Shown here piece after piece: positions 20,414 to 31,887 of a stretch of DNA of 64,000 nt (its first letter is position 1; the number at the start of each line of letters is the position of its first letter). This DNA is from an uncultured Acidimicrobiaceae bacterium (GTDB taxonomy: Bacteria > Actinomycetota > Acidimicrobiia > Acidimicrobiales > Bog-793). The notes beneath the pieces were generated by a model that had not been told where the DNA came from, did no database searches, and saw only the letters and a program-made list of their open reading frames with translations. Position numbers and translations under genes: made by a program. The stretch lies in assembly GCA_963849105.1 (NCBI GenBank), contig CAWKGD010000003.1:513428-577427 (forward strand). The letters are read 5' to 3'.

Positions 20414-21283
20414 TCAGCCTTGGGATCGTGCGCGGAACGCCGCGATCCAGTTCGCGCCCCATTCGTCATTGCCGACGAGGAGATCGGCGGCCTTCACCGA
20501 CCGCACGATCTGCGGGTTGCGGGCGTCCATGATCGCGCTGGTCAATCCGTGTGACATCGCCATCGGCAAGAAGGTCGCGCCGATCGTCGGGCGCTCAGGC
20601 ATACCGAACGAGACGTTCGAGGCGCCAAGGGTCATGTTCACCCCGAAGCGTTCGCGCAGCAAACCGATCGTCTCGAGCGTCTTCGCCGCGAGTGTTGAAT
20701 CGGCCCCGACCGGCATCGCGAGCGGGTCGATGACGATGTCCTCGACCGGGATCCCGTACTTTTCCGTCGCGACAGCGATGAGCTTGCCGGCGAGTTCGAC
20801 GCGTCGACGTGGGTCCTCGGGGATCTCGTGCTCGTCGTTCGGCAATCCGATCACCGCCGCGCCATAGCGCTTGACGATCGGCAAGATCGCGTCGAGCCGT
20901 TCGTCCTCGGCGGTGACGGAGTTCACGAGCGCCTTTCCCTCGTACGCCGCCAAGCCGGCATCGAGTGCCTCGACGACCGAGGAGTCGATGCAGAGCGGCA
21001 GGTCGGTGAGGCTCTGGATCAATTTCACGGCACGCGCGAGTAGGGCGGCCTCGTCGGCGAGCGGAACACCCATATTGACGTCGAGCACCATCGCGCCGCC
21101 TTCGACCTGCTGGGCGACGTCGATTTCGATCCGGGAGAGGTCGTCGGCGCGCAGCTGCTCCTGGAAGATCGAGCGGCCGGTCGGATTGATCCGCTCGCCG
21201 ATGATGCAGAACGGTTGATCTGGGCCGATGACGACCTCGCGCGAGGCTGATCGCAAGACGGTGTGGGAAACGCTGGACGACAT
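20414..21283 (-). CDS. Methyltetrahydrofolate:corrinoid methyltransferase (pterin-binding, MtgA/MtrH/AcsE-like)
   Basis: Pterin-binding barrel motifs IIGERINPTG, VLDVNMG, LCIDSS and LVNSV. Confidence 0.8.
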   Translation of the reverse strand: MSSSVSHTVLRSASREVVIGPDQPFCIIGERINPTGRSIFQEQLRADDLSRIEIDVAQQVEGGAMVLDVNMGVPLADEAALLARAVKLIQSLTDLPLCIDSSVVEALDAGLAAYEGKALVNSVTAEDERLDAILPIVKRYGAAVIGLPNDEHEIPEDPRRRVELAGKLIAVATEKYGIPVEDIVIDPLAMPVGADSTLAAKTLETIGLLRERFGVNMTLGASNVSFGMPERPTIGATFLPMAMSHGLTSAIMDARNPQIVRSVKAADLLVGNDEWGANWIAAFRARSQG

Positions 21284-21292
21284 CGTGCGCGC

Positions 21293-21958
21293 TTACGCGG
21301 AAGTCAGCTGGCGCTGCTTGTTCAGCAGCTCTTTTGCCTTCGCGACGGCGGCTGACGCGTCGGAGGCGTACCCGTCGGCTCCCACGGCATCGGCGTACTC
21401 CTGCGTGACCGGTGCCCCGCCGACCATGACGATCACCTGATCGCGCAGCCCAGCCTTCTCGAGCGCGTTGATGTTCGCCTTGAACATCGGCATCGTTGTC
21501 GTCAAGAACGCCGAAAACCCGACGATGTCGGGCTTGTGCTCCTGGATCGCTTCGATGAAGCGCTCCGGCGCGACCTGGACACCGAGATCGATCACCCGGA
21601 AACCAGCACCTTCGAGCATGATGTTCACGAGGTTCTTCCCGATGTCGTGGACGTCGCCCTTCACTGTGCCCATGACGAAGGTGCCGAGCCCGGCGGCGTC
21701 TGTCTGCGACAGAAGTGGGCGGAGCCGCTCGAGCGCGCCGGCCATCGCTTTGCCGGCGATCAACATCTCCGGCACGAAGAAATCCCCCCGCTCGAAACGT
21801 GCTCCAACTTCTTCCAACGAAGGGATGAGCGCGTCGAACAACAGCGTCTCGGGAGCGAGCCCGGTGGAAAGCCCTTCCTCGGTGAGCTCGAGGACACGCG
21901 GGGCGTTGCCGACGAGCGTTTCGTCGTAAAGCGCCTTCAACAGTTCGACCTCGTTCAC
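21293..21958 (-). CDS. Corrinoid (B12-binding) protein
   Basis: DxHxxG motif GDVHDIGKNLV plus a B12-binding Rossmann domain (IVGFSAFLTTTMP). GTG 21958 is preceded by GAAGG and overlaps the iclR stop. Confidence 0.85.
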   Translation of the reverse strand: MNEVELLKALYDETLVGNAPRVLELTEEGLSTGLAPETLLFDALIPSLEEVGARFERGDFFVPEMLIAGKAMAGALERLRPLLSQTDAAGLGTFVMGTVKGDVHDIGKNLVNIMLEGAGFRVIDLGVQVAPERFIEAIQEHKPDIVGFSAFLTTTMPMFKANINALEKAGLRDQVIVMVGGAPVTQEYADAVGADGYASDASAAVAKAKELLNKQRQLTSA

Positions 21959-22770
21959 GCCGCACCTTCTTTCCGTGTCGACGCCGGATCGTTGCGTCGC
22001 GGGAGCATCTGCGAAAGCGCGTCGGACTGTTCCATACAACGCTTCACGGCGTCGCGCACCGCTTTTGCGGTGAAGCGTGTCGACGGACCAGAAACCGAGA
22101 CCGCGGCGACGACCCGACCCCCAGAGCGCACCGGCGCGGCGATCGCGACGAGTCCCGGCTCGAGCTCTCCGTCGGTTGTCGCGTAGCCGAGCCGACGCAC
22201 GGCGACGAGTTCCCGGGACAGCGCGTCGCGGTCGGTCACGGTCTTCTCGGTGCGTCGCTCGAGGGGCCCCGGCGGCAGTTCGGCGGCCCCGAAGGCGAGC
22301 AGCACCTTTCCGAGCGCTGAACAGTGCAGGGGAACGGGCAAGTTCAGCCAGTTCGTCACGCCGATCAGATAACTGCTGTCGACCTGAGCGATCTGTTTCA
22401 CCATTCCGGCCGTCGCGACACCGAGGTTGATCGTCTCGCCCGTCGCCTCACCGAGACGGACGAGGAACGGGCGGGCGACCTCGGTGATGTCGCGTTCGAA
22501 CGGCCGGGAGCGGGCGTAGCCGACGAAGACCTCTCCTGGTCGGTAGCTGCGTCCGGAGTCGCGATCGACGAGTCCGTGGCGCTCGAGTGCGGACATCAAT
22601 CGAGACACGGTGCTCTTCGGCAAGCCGCTGCGCTCGGCGAGCGTCGAGAAGGCTACGGGCTCAGGCGAGTCGACGACGCGGACGAGCAGGTCAGCGGCCC
22701 GGTCGACGGCTTGGGTTCCGGCGGGGGAGCGCAAGCGAAGTCCTTTCGCCGATCGAAGGTTCCACAACAC
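21955..22770 (-). CDS. IclR-family transcriptional regulator
   Basis: N-terminal wHTH AVDRAADLLV...STLAERSGLPKSTVSRLMSALE and a C-terminal IclR effector domain. It is divergent from the MttB-family gene. Confidence 0.85.
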   Translation of the reverse strand: MLWNLRSAKGLRLRSPAGTQAVDRAADLLVRVVDSPEPVAFSTLAERSGLPKSTVSRLMSALERHGLVDRDSGRSYRPGEVFVGYARSRPFERDITEVARPFLVRLGEATGETINLGVATAGMVKQIAQVDSSYLIGVTNWLNLPVPLHCSALGKVLLAFGAAELPPGPLERRTEKTVTDRDALSRELVAVRRLGYATTDGELEPGLVAIAAPVRSGGRVVAAVSVSGPSTRFTAKAVRDAVKRCMEQSDALSQMLPRRNDPASTRKEGAA

Positions 22771-22858
22771 GGAAGCCTTGTTTTACAATGTGATTCTAGC
22801 TGCGCGGACGTCGGGTGGCGAGTGCCGCCAGCGGGTCCGGGCGAGAGTCGAGGCGCTG

Positions 22859-24304
22859 ATGTTCAAGAACTCGATGCCCCGCTACGAGATCCTCTCCCCG
22901 GACGCGCTCGCCGTTTTGGACCGGGGATGGCGGCGCATCGTCTCCGAGGTCGGTGTGCAGTTCGACCATCCGGAGGCGATCGAGCTCTTTGTCTCCGCTG
23001 GCCAGAAGGTCGAGGACGGCGGCGTTGTGAAATTCGACCCGGGGTTCGTCGTCGAGCAGCTGGCGAAGCCGCCGCGTCAGTTCGACGTCAAGGCTCGCAA
23101 TCCCGACCACACGGTGCACGTCGGTGGCGACCTTATGGTGTTCAGCGCAGTGTACGGGTCGCCATTCGTGCGCGAGGCCAATGCACGACGCGAAGCGACG
23201 ATGGAGGACTTCCGACGGCTGACGATGCTGTCCCAACACTTCGCGGAGCTCGACTCGGCCGGTGGCGTGATCTGCGAACCGAACGACGTGCCGCTCGACT
23301 CGCGGCACCTCGACATGCTCTTTGCGCTGCAGACGCTCACCGACAAGATCTACATGGGCAACGTGGTTTCGGGCCCGAATGCACTCGACTCGATCAAGAT
23401 GGCGGAGATCGTCTTCGGTGGTCGCGAGGCGATCGAGGACTCCCCGGTGATGCTGGCGTTGATCAATTGCAACTCGCCGCTTCGCTGGGACCGCCGCATG
23501 CTTGACGCGCAGTTCGAGTACAACCGCGCCGCACAGGCGACGGTGCTGACGCCATTCCTCTTGATGGGCGCGATGTCACCGGTCTCGATTCCGGCGACTC
23601 TTGCCCAGCAGATGGCGGAGGGGTTCACGGCGATCGCCCTCGCCCAGCTGATCAGGCCGGGCTGTCCCGTCGTCTTCGGATCGTTTCTCTCGAACATCGA
23701 CATGCAGTCGGGCTCCCCGCAGTTCGGCACACCCGAGTCGGCGATCGGGCTGCTCGCGACGGCACAGATCGCCCGGAGCTACGGGCTGCCGTTCCGCACC
23801 GGCGGTTGCCTCACCTCGAGCCAGACCGCCGACGCGCAGGCGGCGTACGAGGCGACGACGACGCTGCTGCCTACGTTCCTCGCCGGGACGAACTTCGTGA
23901 TGCATGCGGCCGGCTGGCTCGAGGGCGGACTCGTCAGCTGCTACGAGAAGTTCGTCATTGACATCGAGCTTTTGAAGATGATGCGCGAGATGTTCAGCCC
24001 GCTCTCGATCGATGAGGAATCGCTCGCGTTCGGAGCACACGTCGAGGTCGGCCACGGCGGGCACTTCCTCGGTGCCGCGCACACGATGGAACGGTTCCGC
24101 GACTGCTTCTATCGCCCGATGCTCAGTTCGTCGGCGAACTTCGAACGATGGTCGACTAAGCAGGGGGCGAAGGATGCCGCGGCGCGCGCCCGCGACATCT
24201 ACACAAAGGCGCTCGACGAGTTCGAGGCGCCACCGCTCGACGCCGCTGTGCGAGCCGAGCTCGAGGAATATGTGACAAAACGCCGTATCGAACTCGGGGA
24301 TTGA
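22859..24304 (+). CDS. MttB-superfamily methyltransferase without pyrrolysine (quaternary amine:corrinoid methyltransferase, MtgB-like)
   Basis: About 481 aa from ATG 22859. Family-typical N-terminus ...YEILSPDALAVLDRGWRRI...GV.F and a TIM-barrel body. The ORF has no in-frame TAG. Confidence 0.8.
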   Translation: MFKNSMPRYEILSPDALAVLDRGWRRIVSEVGVQFDHPEAIELFVSAGQKVEDGGVVKFDPGFVVEQLAKPPRQFDVKARNPDHTVHVGGDLMVFSAVYGSPFVREANARREATMEDFRRLTMLSQHFAELDSAGGVICEPNDVPLDSRHLDMLFALQTLTDKIYMGNVVSGPNALDSIKMAEIVFGGREAIEDSPVMLALINCNSPLRWDRRMLDAQFEYNRAAQATVLTPFLLMGAMSPVSIPATLAQQMAEGFTAIALAQLIRPGCPVVFGSFLSNIDMQSGSPQFGTPESAIGLLATAQIARSYGLPFRTGGCLTSSQTADAQAAYEATTTLLPTFLAGTNFVMHAAGWLEGGLVSCYEKFVIDIELLKMMREMFSPLSIDEESLAFGAHVEVGHGGHFLGAAHTMERFRDCFYRPMLSSSANFERWSTKQGAKDAAARARDIYTKALDEFEAPPLDAAVRAELEEYVTKRRIELGD

Positions 24305-24353
24305 CCACCATCATGAATCTCCGACAACACGACTTTGACCGGAGGCCTAAAAG

Positions 24354-26051
24354 ATGAGCATGCCGAGTGACCTCGAGATCGCCCGCCAGGCGTCGCTGAA
24401 ACCGCTGGAGGACATCGCTGGGGAAATGGGGATCGGATCCGAGCTCCTCGAGTTCTACGGCCGAGACGTCGCGAAGGTGAAGCTCTCGGCGATCGACCAG
24501 CTGGCGAAGGCGCCGCGGGCGAAGTACGTCGTCGTTACCGCAATCACGCCGACGCCACTTGGTGAGGGGAAGACGACGACCACCGTCGGTCTGGGTCAAG
24601 CGTTCAGGCACATCGGCAAGAGGGCGACGATCGCGATCCGACAGCCGTCGATGGGGCCGACCTTCGGGATCAAAGGCGGCGCGGCAGGCGGCGGTTACTC
24701 CCAGGTCGTTCCGATGGAGCTGTTCAACCTCCACCTCACCGGTGACATGCACGCCGTGACGGCGGCGCACAACTTGTGCTCGGCGATGCTCGACAACTCC
24801 TTGTATCAAAAGAACTCGCTTGGAATCGATCAAAACAAGATCACCTGGAGACGGGTCCTCGACGTCAACGACCGAGCGCTGCGCAACATCGTCGTTGGCC
24901 TTGGAGGACCTCAAGACGGGATACCGCGAGAGACCGGTTTCGACATCACCGCCGCGTCGGAGGTAATGGCGATCCTTGCGCTCTCGACGTCGCTTTCCGA
25001 TCTGCGTGCCCGACTCGGACGGATCGTCGTCGGATATACGGCCGAGGGCGAGCCCGTGACCGCCGAGCAACTGCACGTTGCCGGCGCGATGACGGTGATC
25101 ATGCGCGAGGCGATCAAGCCGAACTTGATGCAAACGCTCGAGAACACCCCGGTTCTCGTGCACTCCGGCCCCTTCGGGAACATCGCGACGGGGAACTCGA
25201 GCGTCGTCGCCGACTTGATCGGGATCGGCACGGGTGACTTCCTCGTCACCGAGGCCGGATTCGGCGCGGACATGGGCGCCGAGCGCTTCTTCAACATCAA
25301 GTGCAGGGCTTCGGGATTGCGTCCCGACGCGGCCGTCGTCGTCGCGACGGTGCGGGCATTGAAAGCGCACTCGGGAAAGCACCGTGTCGTCGCGGGCAAG
25401 CCGCTTCCTCCGGCGATCCTGGAAGAGAACCCCGATGAGGTCTTCGAGGGCGGCGCAAACCTCCGCAAGCAGGTCGAGAATGTCACCTTGCACGGGGTGT
25501 CACCGGTCGTTGCCATCAATACGTTTCCGGGGGATCACCCGTCCGAGCTCGATGCGATCCGTCAGATCGCGGACGATTGCGGCGCGCGTGCCGCGGCGTG
25601 CACGAACTTCGTCGATGGGGGGCGCGGGGCGGTCGAGCTCGCGGAAGCGGTCGCTGAAGCGGCGGCCGAGAAAAATGAGTTCCGGTTCCTCTACCCGGAA
25701 TCGGCCTCGCTGCGCGAGAAGATCGAGACGATCGCCACGAAGGTCTACGGCGCTGACGGCGTCGACTACCTGCCGGCCGCATCGAGCCAGATCGACAGTT
25801 ACGAGCGCAACGGCTTCGGCCGCCTGCCGGTGTGCGTCGCGAAGACCCACCTGTCGATCTCGTCCGACCCGCGGCTGCTCGGCGCGCCGACGGGGTGGCG
25901 CCTGCCGGTGCGCGAAGTGCGGGCGAATGTCGGCGCTGGATTCGTCTATCCGATCTGCGGTGACATGCGCACGATGCCGGGACTCGGTGCGAGCCCACAG
26001 GCGTCGAGGATCGACATCGACGAGGACGGCGAGATCGTCGGCCTCGCCTAA
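24354..26051 (+). CDS. fhs: Formate-tetrahydrofolate ligase
   Basis: SDLEIARQA..., TPTPLGEGKTTTTVGL and the 565-aa length match Fhs. A strong SD (GGAGG) lies upstream. Confidence 0.95.
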   Translation: MSMPSDLEIARQASLKPLEDIAGEMGIGSELLEFYGRDVAKVKLSAIDQLAKAPRAKYVVVTAITPTPLGEGKTTTTVGLGQAFRHIGKRATIAIRQPSMGPTFGIKGGAAGGGYSQVVPMELFNLHLTGDMHAVTAAHNLCSAMLDNSLYQKNSLGIDQNKITWRRVLDVNDRALRNIVVGLGGPQDGIPRETGFDITAASEVMAILALSTSLSDLRARLGRIVVGYTAEGEPVTAEQLHVAGAMTVIMREAIKPNLMQTLENTPVLVHSGPFGNIATGNSSVVADLIGIGTGDFLVTEAGFGADMGAERFFNIKCRASGLRPDAAVVVATVRALKAHSGKHRVVAGKPLPPAILEENPDEVFEGGANLRKQVENVTLHGVSPVVAINTFPGDHPSELDAIRQIADDCGARAAACTNFVDGGRGAVELAEAVAEAAAEKNEFRFLYPESASLREKIETIATKVYGADGVDYLPAASSQIDSYERNGFGRLPVCVAKTHLSISSDPRLLGAPTGWRLPVREVRANVGAGFVYPICGDMRTMPGLGASPQASRIDIDEDGEIVGLA

Positions 26052-26054
26052 GGG

Positions 26055-26615
26055 GTGCTCGACCCAGGCGACTACTCCTCGGCGCCGGTCGCCACGTTCC
26101 TCGACGCGGTCGCGCGACGTGAGTCGGTCCCAGGCGGGGGAGCGGTCGCTGCCCTGACCGTGGCGATGGCGGCCGCGCTCGTCGCGATGGCAGCCGCGTT
26201 CGCCAAGGACGCCCCGCTCGACGCCACCTCGATGCGCGCCGAGGCCGACTTGCTCCGTGACCGAGTTGTCGGCCTCGTCGGCGAGGACGCGAAGGCGTAT
26301 GCGGCGGTGCTCGCGGCAAAACGCCGCCCGCGAGACGACCCGACGAGAGTCACCGAGATCGATTCGGCGCTCATCGCGGCGTCAGAGGTCCCGCTCCAGG
26401 TGACCAGGATCGGTAGTCGGGTGAACGAACTCGCCAGAGACATAGCCGAGCGAGGCAATCCGAACCTCCGCGGCGATGCCTACACCGCCGCACACCTGGC
26501 CGCGGCGGCGGCGCGATCGGCGGCGCTCCTCGTCCGCCTCAACCTCTCCGACCCAGCTGATCCTCGGGTCCAAGAGGCGGAAGCGCTCGCCGCCGGCTGT
26601 GCTGACCCGTCCTGA
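26055..26615 (+). CDS. Cyclodeaminase/cyclohydrolase-family protein (methenyl-THF cyclohydrolase / FtcD C-domain-like)
   Basis: [24 protein letters not shown] is the family hallmark helix. It lies immediately after fhs. Confidence 0.7.
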   Translation: MLDPGDYSSAPVATFLDAVARRESVPGGGAVAALTVAMAAALVAMAAAFAKDAPLDATSMRAEADLLRDRVVGLVGEDAKAYAAVLAAKRRPRDDPTRVTEIDSALIAASEVPLQVTRIGSRVNELARDIAERGNPNLRGDAYTAAHLAAAAARSAALLVRLNLSDPADPRVQEAEALAAGCADPS

Positions 26616-26732
26616 GCCAGGGGAGGACCGTCGAGGGCGGGTCGTCTACCGTCGGCGAGCGCTTCCCGGCGACCCTGGCCTCGGCGAAGGGGGCCATCGG
26701 CCCCGACACAGCCCGCCGGTATCCTCGCCGAG

Positions 26733-29609
<2,877 letters not shown>

Positions 29610-29623
29610 GCGTCGGTTTTCGG

Positions 29624-29995
29624 TCAGCCCTCAGTCCGGGCGCGCTCGACGCAGAACTCGTTTCCCTCGGGATCACTGAGCACGACCCAACCGTGACCGT
29701 CGGGTGCACGGTGGTCCGCGACGAGGGACGCGCCGAGGGCGATCAGCCGCTCGACCTCCTCCTCGCGCGATGTCGCGGGACGGAGATCGAGGTGGACGCG
29801 GTTCTTCAGCGTCTTTCCCTCGGGGACGCGCTCGAACAGCAGCCGGGCTTGGTCGTCACCGAGATTGCAGATCGCCTCCGGATCTTCCGGGAAATCCTCT
29901 TTGTTCATCGGGACGTCGAACGCTTCGCACCACCACTTCGCCAGGCTGAACGGGTCGTGACAGTCGATCGTGACGCTGCGGATGGAAAGGTGCAC
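29624..29995 (-). CDS. VOC/glyoxalase-family protein
   Basis: 123 aa, with C-terminal ...WVVLSDPEGNEFCV typical of the VOC fold. Confidence 0.8.
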   Translation of the reverse strand: MHLSIRSVTIDCHDPFSLAKWWCEAFDVPMNKEDFPEDPEAICNLGDDQARLLFERVPEGKTLKNRVHLDLRPATSREEEVERLIALGASLVADHRAPDGHGWVVLSDPEGNEFCVERARTEG

Positions 29996-30611
29996 GTGGG
30001 TATCTCCTGATCGGTCTTGATGGTCTGACAGAGCGCGTGCTGCGCGCGGCTCGTTTGCGTCGCAATTGGCGGGCAGGGATCAACGCGTACCGTCAGAGAA
30101 CGACCGGCGCGCCCACGTTAACGCGAGCGAAGTGTAAGAGAAAGATGAAAAAAGCGTTGCGGCGCGCTTCGCTATCTGTCTGGAGCGCAATCGGATTGCA
30201 ACAGACGCGACCGCTACTTTCTGTTCTTCCTTATTAGTCTGCGTTCGGTCGCGATCGGGTTTGGCCGAAACCGACCCGTCGGAGTTGCTGCGCGCACCGC
30301 CACTCGCGTCGATCCGCGGTCACATCGAAAGGTGGGATCACGTGTCGCTTGCTGAAGGTGGCGTCGAAGCGAATTCATCGCAAATCTCGCGCTTTAAAGC
30401 AGTGCCATCCGGCGCGTCTGGATCGGTTGCCGTCGTTCTCATGGCACGGGCTCGTCGCCAGCGGACTCGGTCCAGGAATGCTACGTGCCGCGGTGCACGG
30501 TGCGGTCCTGCCAGGAACGGTGGCGCGATCCGCGCGGTCGCCCTCAGACGAACGGAGAATCGCGATGATCTTCCTCGTGGTGGATGGCGACCTCGGCACC
30601 CCGCGTCGGCG

Positions 30612-31758
30612 TCAGACGATCGCCAACATCCTCTCGAGCGCAAGCCGTGCGGAGGCGGCGGTCTGCTCGTCGACGACGATGCGATTGCGCACGTCGCCTT
30701 CGACGAGCCCCTCGAGCACCCATGCCAGGTGTTGGGGGTCGATGCGGAACATCGTCGAGCACGGACAGACGAGCGGGTCGAGCGAGACGATCGTCTTATC
30801 GGGGTGCTCGGTCGCCAGCCGGTGGACGAGATGGATCTCGGTTCCGACGCCGATCTCCGCGCCCGCAAGCGCGGCGTCGACGAAGCGGATAATCGCGTCC
30901 GTCGATCCGACTGCGTCGGCGAGCTCGACGACTTCGTGCGCACACTCGGGGTGTACGACGACGAATCCCCGCGGGTGCTCGGCGCGGAATGCCTCGACAT
31001 GTGTCGTCTTGAACCGCTGGTGGACGGAGCAGTGACCCTTCCACAGTAGAAACGTTGCCTCTTTCACGTCGACGTCGTCGAGACCTCCGAATTGTCGGCG
31101 AGGATCCCACACCGCCATATCTGCCTCTTCGAACCCGAGCGCGTAGGCGGTGTTGCGGCCGAGGTGTTGGTCGGGGAAAAAGAGCACCTTGCGAGCACTC
31201 GACCGGACGAGATCGGCGAGCGGTGCGCCGGCGGGGAGGGCTGTTCCGACGCCGAGTGCCCAACGTACGGCGGCGGCCGCGTTCGAGGACGTGCAGACGG
31301 TGCCGCCGCGGTCACCGACGAATGCCTTCAACGCGGCGGAGGAGTTCATGTAGGTGACCGGGACGATCGCTTCGAGATCGGTGACCTTGCCGAGCTCTGC
31401 CCAGGCCTGCTCGACCTCGTCGAGATCAGCCATGTCGGCCATCGAGCATCCAGCGTTCAAGTCAGGGAGGACCACCTGTTGGTTCGGCCGGGTGAGGACG
31501 TCGGCGGCCTCGGCCATGAACGTCACCCCGCAAAAGACGACGAACTCGGCTCGTTCCTGTTCGGCCGCGAAGCGCGAGAGCCCGAATGAGTCACCCCTTG
31601 CGTCCGCCCAGCGCATCACCTCGTCGCGCTCGATAGTGGTGGCCGAGGATGACGACGCGCTGACCGAGTTCCGTGCGCGCCGCGCCGATCATCTCCGCGA
31701 GCTCATCATCCGTCGCGTCGGTATACCGCTGCGGGAGCGGTGTCTGGAGGCGGAACAT
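30612..31758 (-). pseudogene. nadA: Quinolinate synthase NadA, interrupted by a 1-nt frame shift near 31632
   Basis: The frame from ATG 31758 gives MFRLQTPLPQRYTDATDDELAEMIGAARTELGQRVVILGHHY, then runs into a stop. The remainder (ERDEVMRWADARGDSFGLSR...VFCGVTFMAE...NAGCSMADMA...) continues in the frame offset by one base. Total span is 1147 nt, i.e. 3n+1. Confidence 0.8.
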
Positions 31759-31840
31759 GGGCCTCTTTCTGTCCGTTTGCGCTTCGCCTGCGGCCGGCGG
31801 GGACAGCCTGGTCGCCCGTCCGCGGGGTTGTCGGCCACGA
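31759..31840 (-). promoter_or_regulatory. Candidate NAD+-I (nadA-motif-like) riboswitch domain in the nadA 5' leader
   Basis: Minus-strand RNA reads GGCCG-ACAACCCC-GCGG-(19 nt)-CCGC-CGGCC (31836->31792). This is a helix interrupted by a one-sided ACANCCCC bulge. It is followed 33 nt later by the SD AAGAGG and the nadA ATG. Confidence 0.4.
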
Positions 31841-31887
31841 AGCTCGTATGTCTGCCGGAATACCAGGCCGGCGTAGCCTCAAGATTA

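Noticed and set aside
20595-21965. 456-aa ORF on the minus strand spanning the methyltransferase/corrinoid protein region
   Set aside because: Extremely Arg/Gly/Pro-rich with no recognisable motifs. It is out of frame over two genes with clear family motifs. This is a typical high-G+C shadow ORF.
22610-22858. N-terminal 83-codon extension of the MttB-family ORF
   Set aside because: The extension overlaps the divergent iclR coding region and is Arg/Ser-rich. Family-like sequence begins at ATG 22859.
22859-24304. Possible pyrrolysine (in-frame TAG) in the MttB-family gene
   Set aside because: The ORF is uninterrupted with no in-frame amber codon, so it is a non-Pyl member.
24156-25493. 445-aa ORF antisense to fhs
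   Set aside because: Antisense to an unmistakable formate-THF ligase, with an Arg-rich composition.
30261-31049. 262-aa plus-strand ORF
   Set aside because: Its second half is antisense to nadA. The composition is Arg/Asp-rich and no motifs are present.
31354-31887. 178-codon 5' extension of the uvrC ORF
   Set aside because: It is antisense to nadA and its leader. The GIY-YIG sequence starts right after GTG 31888.
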